From assembly GCA_001774245.1 (NCBI GenBank), contig MEZF01000047.1:69601-99476 (forward strand): a stretch of DNA of 29,876 nucleotides, written 5' to 3'. The notes beneath the pieces were generated by a model, which saw only the letters and a program-made list of their open reading frames with translations, did not search any database and had not been told where the DNA came from. The translations under genes were made by a program, and so were the position numbers. The DNA is from Candidatus Bathyarchaeota archaeon RBG_13_52_12. GTDB taxonomy: Archaea; Thermoproteota; Bathyarchaeia; TCS64. Shown here piece by piece: positions 24,311-29,876 of this stretch. How positions within the stretch are numbered: position 1 is the stretch's first letter; each line of letters opens with the position of its first letter.

Positions 24311-25507
24311 ATGTCTTCTTTGAGCAAATACCTAGCCCTAGAGGGGAACATACGGGTCCTGGCGCTACAGACCCTGATCTCCCAGCTGGGCTTCGGGATG
24401 CTCTTCGTCGTATGGCAGCCCTACATACTGTCCACGGGGCTGACCATAGTCGACCTTGGCATAATCCAGAGCGTCATCAACCTCAGCACGGCGACGGGGC
24501 TCTTCGTCTGGGGCCCCCTCTCCGACATCTTTGGGAGAAAACGCGTGATGCTGCTAGGTCACGCCTCACGAGTCGTCGCCGTACTCGCCCTCGTGATATC
24601 GGGCAACCCCGTCTTCCTCTACGCCTTCGCCTTCTTCATCGGCTTCAGCGCTCTGTGGATGCAGTCGAACCCGGCGAGGACCGCCCTGTTGGCGGAGTCG
24701 GTGTCGAACGAGAAGAGGGCGACAGCCTACGGTACCTTAATGGCGATCGGTCAGGGGACGAGCATGGTGATGGCTTCAGTCGGGGGCTACATCGCCATCG
24801 TCTCAGGCTACTGGCCCATATTTGCTGTAACCGTCGTCTGCGAGACGATAGGCATCACCATAATGCTGCTATTCGTGAGGGAAACACACCACACAGCTGG
24901 AGCCAATGGGAGGGAGGTCGGGTCCCGGATAATCTCAAACCTGAGACCCGAGAGGGAGATGATGCCCCTCTACCTGATGATGGTGATCATGGGCATAGGC
25001 TACGGCGTCGGTTTCTCCCTCTTCTACGGGGCTCTCACTGACACATACGGGTTCACTACCTTCGAACTCGGGTTAATGTCGACAGCGTCGAGCGTTGCTT
25101 GGGCGTTCGGCTCGATACCGAGCGGTAAGCTCTCAGAGCGGCTCGGTACTCGTAAGATGGTGCTAGCATCGACTGCAGCCGCACTAATCACTGCTCTTGG
25201 CTTCATCCTCTTCCGGAGCTTCCCCGCCTTCCTGATCTTCAGCGTCTTCAATGGCCTCGACCCGTGCTTCTGGATCCCCAACTGGACGAGCATCATCGCT
25301 GAGAGGACTCCGGTCAAGGTCAGGGCCTCCATCTTCGGTAAGCTCGACGCCTACAACAGGTTCGCCGGTATACCGGCGCCTTTCCTCGGTGGGCTCATAT
25401 ATGCGGGGTATGGCTTCACGGCTCCTCTGCTAGTTCATCTGGTGTTCCTATTGATCTGGGGGTATATGTTAGTCAAGATCACTTCGAAGCCGAAAGCGGT
25501 TACTTGA
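24311..25507 (+). CDS. MFS transporter
   Basis: GPLSDIFGRKRV, GKLSERLGTRK and ~12 TM segments. Confidence 0.92.
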   Translation: MSSLSKYLALEGNIRVLALQTLISQLGFGMLFVVWQPYILSTGLTIVDLGIIQSVINLSTATGLFVWGPLSDIFGRKRVMLLGHASRVVAVLALVISGNPVFLYAFAFFIGFSALWMQSNPARTALLAESVSNEKRATAYGTLMAIGQGTSMVMASVGGYIAIVSGYWPIFAVTVVCETIGITIMLLFVRETHHTAGANGREVGSRIISNLRPEREMMPLYLMMVIMGIGYGVGFSLFYGALTDTYGFTTFELGLMSTASSVAWAFGSIPSGKLSERLGTRKMVLASTAAALITALGFILFRSFPAFLIFSVFNGLDPCFWIPNWTSIIAERTPVKVRASIFGKLDAYNRFAGIPAPFLGGLIYAGYGFTAPLLVHLVFLLIWGYMLVKITSKPKAVT

Positions 25508-26066
25508 CTCCCGTAGCTCTTAGGATGTCTCTATGAATCTCAGGGATCGACCTGTCGCCGTCTAAGACGATCCACTTACCATCTGATACGAGGTCCATCG
25601 CCTTGTCTGCTGTCTTGCTGAGTTCGTCAATCGTTTCGAACCTCTCGGTCTTGATCCTATTATTTACGACTCGGCGGAACGCCTCAGCTGGGGAGACGTT
25701 TAGGTAGATGAGGCTACCCCTGGTGGGGACTATCTTGGCGAAGAAGTGGTAGGCAAACTTGTGGACGGGTGCGGGGAGATACGCCGTCCCGAGGAGGTAG
25801 CGGACGAATATCACATAGTCAACTCTCCTCCAACCGTAGAGGATGATGCTCCTGATGACGTCGGCGAGGTAAAAGAGGCTCGCGGCGATGTGCGCCTTCT
25901 TCCCCTCAACGAATAGATAATCTCGCCCCTTGACACCGAAGAAGTTATCCTCGCTCGGATGGCTCCTTAGGATGTACGTCTTCCCCCTCATCTTCAAGTG
26001 CTTGGCGAGCATCTCGGCCTGCGTGCTCTTTCCGGAGGCGTCGAGACCGTCAATGACGACTAGCAT
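25500..26066 (-). CDS. tmk: Thymidylate kinase family
   Basis: P-loop IDGLDASGKSTQ, VRY in place of DRY, YLNVSP.EA..R and RFE. Confidence 0.8.
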   Translation of the reverse strand: MLVVIDGLDASGKSTQAEMLAKHLKMRGKTYILRSHPSEDNFFGVKGRDYLFVEGKKAHIAASLFYLADVIRSIILYGWRRVDYVIFVRYLLGTAYLPAPVHKFAYHFFAKIVPTRGSLIYLNVSPAEAFRRVVNNRIKTERFETIDELSKTADKAMDLVSDGKWIVLDGDRSIPEIHRDILRATGVK

Positions 26067-26070
26067 GGCT

Positions 26071-26763
26071 TCAGGTGCCTCCCGTTAAGAGCAGGAATGT
26101 GGCTGCGCCTAGTATGGGGACGGCGACGTTGTCGAGCCCCTTCGGGGAGACGCCCTCGATGATAGTCACCAGCCCCGCTATAGCGGCTGCAGGGACTAGG
26201 GGGTTGAACGTGAAGGGGTAGAAGAAGCCAAAGTATAGAAAGGCGAGAGCGAGGCTGACGATGCTGCCAAGGAACATTCCGATGCTACCCTCGATGCTCT
26301 TCCTCTCGAAGACCTTGTACTTGTGCCTACCATAGTACTCGCCGAAGACGGCGGCGAGGCTGTCCCCGTAGGCCATCGGGAAGATGCCGGCGGCGACTAT
26401 GTAGGGCCTGACGCCGAAGAGGTAGGCTAGGCCGGTGTAGCTCACCGCGTAGAGGACGAGGCCCATGCTGTGTCCCTCCTCGGTGAGGCCGCTGAGCCCC
26501 CTCATCTTCTCGCCGAGCTTTATGGGTGAGTAGGGGGTGGCGAGTAGGGTGACGATAATGAATGGGCTGGCGACTAGGAAGGGAAAGATGCTCGAAGTGA
26601 AGAAGGGCATTATGAGAGGTAGGTTCCCGATCATGGAGTGAAGGACCTTCCGGCTGACCTTCTTCGGGAGGGGGAGCCTCGGCGAGACTAGGATGAGGGC
26701 TACGATGTAGACGTAGCACATCCCCATCACCGTCAGGTTCCAGAGCAGCTCATCCAAACCCAC
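26071..26763 (-). CDS. Polyprenol/phytol/dolichol kinase-like membrane protein (CTP-dependent family)
   Basis: SRKVLH, GDSLAAVFG, KSIEGS and DNVAVP. Confidence 0.85.
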   Translation of the reverse strand: MGLDELLWNLTVMGMCYVYIVALILVSPRLPLPKKVSRKVLHSMIGNLPLIMPFFTSSIFPFLVASPFIIVTLLATPYSPIKLGEKMRGLSGLTEEGHSMGLVLYAVSYTGLAYLFGVRPYIVAAGIFPMAYGDSLAAVFGEYYGRHKYKVFERKSIEGSIGMFLGSIVSLALAFLYFGFFYPFTFNPLVPAAAIAGLVTIIEGVSPKGLDNVAVPILGAATFLLLTGGT

Positions 26764-26880
26764 GCCACCGGAGACAAATAGACATCCACGACCGACGCCT
26801 TTATCAGCGTTCTGGGGACCCGCGACCTAAGGTTTATTTTATCCGAGGTTCAAAGATCAACTGTTTCTGGAGTTGATTAG

Positions 26881-27483
26881 ATGAAGGAATACAACTTACC
26901 CAAGCTACCTTATGCCTACGAGGCGCTTGAACCCGTCATAGATGTGGGGACAGTCACCCTACACCACGACAAACACCACAGCGCCTATGTCGCGGGTTTC
27001 AACGGGGCCCTGAAGAAGATCGTAGAGGCCCGGGAGAAGGGCGACTACGCCGCGATAAAGGCGTTGGATAAGGACCTCGCCTTCCACGGAAGCGGCGTCG
27101 TCCTTCACAACCTCTACTGGGAGAACCTCTGCCCCAAAGCGGAGTGCAAGGAACCCACTTCGGGGGCCTTGCTTGAGCAGGTGAAAGCCGATTTCGGTGA
27201 TCTAGCAAAGCTCAAGGCCGAGATGGGGGCTGCCGCGAAAGCCGTTGAGGGGAGCGGCTGGGCAGTGCTCGTATGGGACCACGCCTCTGGTCAGCTGCTC
27301 GTCCTACAGGCTGAAAACCACCAGAAGCTCACCATCTGGGGCGTCGTTCCTCTCCTTGTCTTGGACGTCTGGGAGCATGCCTACTACCTCAAGTACCAGA
27401 ACAACCGAGCCGCCTATGTTGACGCCCTCTGGGGTATCGTCAACTGGACGGCGGTGGAGAAGAGGTTCAAGGCAGCGAAGTAG
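26881..27483 (+). CDS. sod: Fe/Mn superoxide dismutase
   Basis: LPYAYEALEP, HHDKHH, LHNLYW and DVWEHAYY. Confidence 0.97.
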   Translation: MKEYNLPKLPYAYEALEPVIDVGTVTLHHDKHHSAYVAGFNGALKKIVEAREKGDYAAIKALDKDLAFHGSGVVLHNLYWENLCPKAECKEPTSGALLEQVKADFGDLAKLKAEMGAAAKAVEGSGWAVLVWDHASGQLLVLQAENHQKLTIWGVVPLLVLDVWEHAYYLKYQNNRAAYVDALWGIVNWTAVEKRFKAAK

Positions 27484-27489
27484 CTGCCT

Positions 27490-27498
27490 CCCACTTTT
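27490..27498 (+). terminator. Oligo-T terminator after sod
   Basis: T6 tract just after the sod stop, in a 15-bp convergent gap. Confidence 0.4.
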
Positions 27499-28461
27499 TT
27501 AGAAGGTCACGTTCTTCTGCTCGGGCACCGTGAAAGGCGGCCTCTTTCCCTCAAGGAAGGCCTTTACGCTCTCGGCACACCTCTCAGCCATCCTGCGTCG
27601 GGTCTCCCAAGTCGCTGATGCAATGTGGGGGGTAACGAGGACGTTATCCAGCTTGAGCAGTTCCTCGGTGAGGGGAGCAGGCTCTACTTCAAATACGTCT
27701 AAGGCCGCGCCTGCTATCCTCTTCGACTTGAGCGCCTCGGTCAGTGCCTTCTGGTCGATGACTGGGCCTCGGCTCGTGTTAACGACTAGGGCGGTCGGCT
27801 TCATCACCTCGAACTGCTTGGCACCGAGTATGCCCTTAGTGGTCGGAAGTAGTGGGACGTGGACGCTGAGGATGTCTGATGTCCTGAGCAGCTCCTCGAA
27901 TGAGACGTAAGCGACGCCATACTGTGTTTCGACGTCCTGCCTTCGTATGACATCATAGTAGATCATCTTGACGCCGAAGCCCATGCCCCGCTTCGTCGCT
28001 TCGACGCCTATTCTGCCGAGGCCGAGGAACCCGAGGGTCTTACCCCTTATGTCCCAGCCGAATGGGAATCCCCTCTGCTTCTTGCCCCACTCCTTACGTG
28101 TATAACTGTCGGCCTCGGGGATTCGGCGCATCCAGCCGAGGATGAGTGCCCAGGTGAGGTCTGCTACAGCCTCGCTGAGTACATATGGTGTGTGGCAGGC
28201 GTAAACCCTGTGGCGGGTGCAGGCTTCGACATCGACGGTGTCGTAGCCGACCCCGAATCGTGCGACTATGCCCAGATTAGGCGCTCCATTTAGATAAGAA
28301 TCGTTGACCAGGTCCCCGCCGCCAATAATCGCTCTTGCCTCATGGAGTTCCCTCTTGTAGTCACCCTGAACATAGGTAACATCAGCAAGTTGTCCGAGCT
28401 TCTCTGCGACGTCTTCCGGGAAATTGAGTTTACCGCAGTTGACTAGTACCTTCGGCTTCAT
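27499..28461 (-). CDS. D-isomer-specific 2-hydroxyacid dehydrogenase (glyoxylate/hydroxypyruvate reductase-like)
   Basis: GVGYD, GLGRIG, NTSRG, ALDVFEVEP and TPHIAS. Confidence 0.92.
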   Translation of the reverse strand: MKPKVLVNCGKLNFPEDVAEKLGQLADVTYVQGDYKRELHEARAIIGGGDLVNDSYLNGAPNLGIVARFGVGYDTVDVEACTRHRVYACHTPYVLSEAVADLTWALILGWMRRIPEADSYTRKEWGKKQRGFPFGWDIRGKTLGFLGLGRIGVEATKRGMGFGVKMIYYDVIRRQDVETQYGVAYVSFEELLRTSDILSVHVPLLPTTKGILGAKQFEVMKPTALVVNTSRGPVIDQKALTEALKSKRIAGAALDVFEVEPAPLTEELLKLDNVLVTPHIASATWETRRRMAERCAESVKAFLEGKRPPFTVPEQKNVTF

Positions 28462-28510
28462 CCCTATCGGTTAATTATGGGCGTCTGGGGCTGTTAAGAC
28501 TGTCGAGGGG

Positions 28511-28771
28511 CTACTTCTTACGTGTCACGCTGAACTTTACGTCATTCCACCTGTCTGGGCACTCGTAATTGAACTCTTTCGGGTCGATCCAGGGTATCTT
28601 GCCACCGTAGCAGCAGTTCATGAGTGTGGGGAATAAGTCGTGGTAGCAGTAGCCGCAGATGCCCCCCGTTTTGTGGGTGTTTATCTCGAACCTGTCACCT
28701 ACCTTGTGGCCGGCGCCGCACGCTTTTCCAACATGGGTTACCTCAGCTACATAGACTGGCTCATCCGCCAT
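28511..28771 (-). CDS. Small Cys-rich protein (TIGR04076-like)
   Basis: CGAGHKVGD, ICGYCYHDLFP and CPD; ATG 28771 follows GGTGA. Confidence 0.75.
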   Translation of the reverse strand: MADEPVYVAEVTHVGKACGAGHKVGDRFEINTHKTGGICGYCYHDLFPTLMNCCYGGKIPWIDPKEFNYECPDRWNDVKFSVTRKK

Positions 28772-28861
28772 CTTGTTCACCGATCCCTCCTCAGCGGCGG
28801 ATGAAGAAAAGGTGTTCGAAAGGGGGCACGGGTTTAAGCCCCTGGACCAGGTACTATAACC

Positions 28862-29752
28862 ATGGCTCTTTACGACGAGATGGTCAAGGAGACGGTTGGC
28901 TTCGAGAAGGTGATCGGGGTCGCGGTGAAGCATCTTGGGACGGGGGAGGAGGCGTCATTTAACGGGGACGTGTTATTCCCCACTGCGAGTGTCTTCAAGG
29001 TCCCCGTCATAGTGGAGCTTTACAGGCAGGTTGAGGCAGGGAAGCTGAGCCTAGACGATAAGATGGTGCTAAAGGAGGCGGAGAAGGTCCCCGGCTCTGG
29101 TATCCTGAAGGAGCTGAGCGAGGGGCTCGAGGTCACGATAAAGGATCTGAGCAGACTGATGATGATCCTGAGCGACAACACAGCGACCGACCTACTAGTG
29201 GAGCGAGTAGGGAAGGACAACGTCAACGCCGCTATGCAGAGGCTTGGACTGAACAAAACGACGGTGGTCGCCGACTGCCGTGACCTGCTCTTCGACCTCG
29301 TCGGTGCCAATGACCTCCCGGAGGATGAGAAGACATTGGGCCACTATCTTCAGTTGGCAAAATCCGGAACAAACAAGGGCTCTTGGAGCCTAGGAACGGA
29401 AAAGAATGACGTAACGACGCCGCTCGAGATGAACAAGCTACTAGGTTTAATAGTCGAGGGGAAGGCAGCAGGGCGGGTAGGCTGCGAAGCGATCCTCGCC
29501 ACCATGGAGAAGTGCCAGACGGGAGAGTACAGGGTACCAAAATACCTCCCCGCTGAGAGCGTGAAGATGAACCGGAAGACAGGGAGCCTGCCGGGTATCA
29601 GGAACGACGTGGGGGTCATCACGATCCTCAAGACGGGGGAGAAGTACTGCATAAGCTGCTTCACGAAGGGAGCGCCCGACGTCTACGCCGCCGAAGAAAC
29701 CATCGCGAGGATCAGCAGGAACGTCTACCAGTACTTCACGAAGGAGAAGTAG
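28862..29752 (+). CDS. Serine hydrolase, class A beta-lactamase fold
   Basis: ASVFK (SxxK), SDN, KTG and RNDVG. Confidence 0.9.
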   Translation: MALYDEMVKETVGFEKVIGVAVKHLGTGEEASFNGDVLFPTASVFKVPVIVELYRQVEAGKLSLDDKMVLKEAEKVPGSGILKELSEGLEVTIKDLSRLMMILSDNTATDLLVERVGKDNVNAAMQRLGLNKTTVVADCRDLLFDLVGANDLPEDEKTLGHYLQLAKSGTNKGSWSLGTEKNDVTTPLEMNKLLGLIVEGKAAGRVGCEAILATMEKCQTGEYRVPKYLPAESVKMNRKTGSLPGIRNDVGVITILKTGEKYCISCFTKGAPDVYAAEETIARISRNVYQYFTKEK

Positions 29753-29843
29753 CGACTTAAGTGGTGCCAAATACATAAATTTGTTTTAGCCCTCGCCACG
29801 GTAGCCTTTTACTGGTTGCTTGCTCTTCATGGTTGATATTCGT

Positions 29844-29876
29844 ATGACGCAGGTTGAGGGGCGAAACCCCGTCCTA
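29844..29876 (+). CDS. 5' start of the next gene (truncated by the window)
   Basis: ATG 7 nt after GGTTGA, open to the window end (MTQVEGRNPVL); too short to identify. Confidence 0.3.
   Translation, partial: MTQVEGRNPVL

Noticed and set aside
28772-28933. N-terminal extension of the Cys-rich ORF in the track
   Set aside because: It runs through the divergent promoter and into the beta-lactamase-fold gene; ATG 28771 has an SD.
1-29876. CRISPR array, rRNA, IS elements, and the many 60-170 aa antisense ORFs in the track
   Set aside because: No regularly spaced repeats, rRNA, transposase or terminal inverted repeat signatures were seen. The short ORFs lie opposite well-supported genes, as expected in GC-rich DNA.

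Overview
This 29.9-kb window is GC-rich archaeal chromosome. A Bathyarchaeia-like TACK archaeon is inferred from the eukaryote-type topoisomerase IB, archaeal TATA and GGAGGTGA ribosome-binding signals, and the many MFS/AKR genes. Most of the window is housekeeping and transport: topo IB (3' part), Nudix CoA pyrophosphatase, sucCD, two aldo-keto reductases, three MFS transporters, a CLC-CBS protein, an Fpg/Nei-like protein, lipoate ligase, a CsoR-family repressor with a P1B ATPase, a ModA-like protein, an ABC-2 exporter with regulator, tRNA-His(GTG), tRNA-Leu(GAG), HAD, nitroreductase, tmk, a polyprenol-kinase-like protein, SOD, a 2-hydroxyacid dehydrogenase and a class-A beta-lactamase-fold protein. 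The standout is a ~3.3-kb accessory island (~10.1-13.45 kb). It holds an AT-rich wHTH gene divergent from an orphan, bacterial-type ParB (no ParA or integrase). The ParB has substitutions at both CTP-hydrolysis glutamates and a second degenerate ParB domain. It is accompanied by a perfect parS-like palindrome (TGTTTTGCGCAAAACA) just downstream and a 13/16 copy inside the gene. Other signals are three genes whose best start is a Shine-Dalgarno-positioned ACG, (CG)n tracts concentrated in intergenic DNA, a candidate structured ncRNA after topo IB, an Fpg lacking its catalytic residues, and several 3'-only gene remnants. All calls come from reading the sequence and recalling family motifs; no searches were run.
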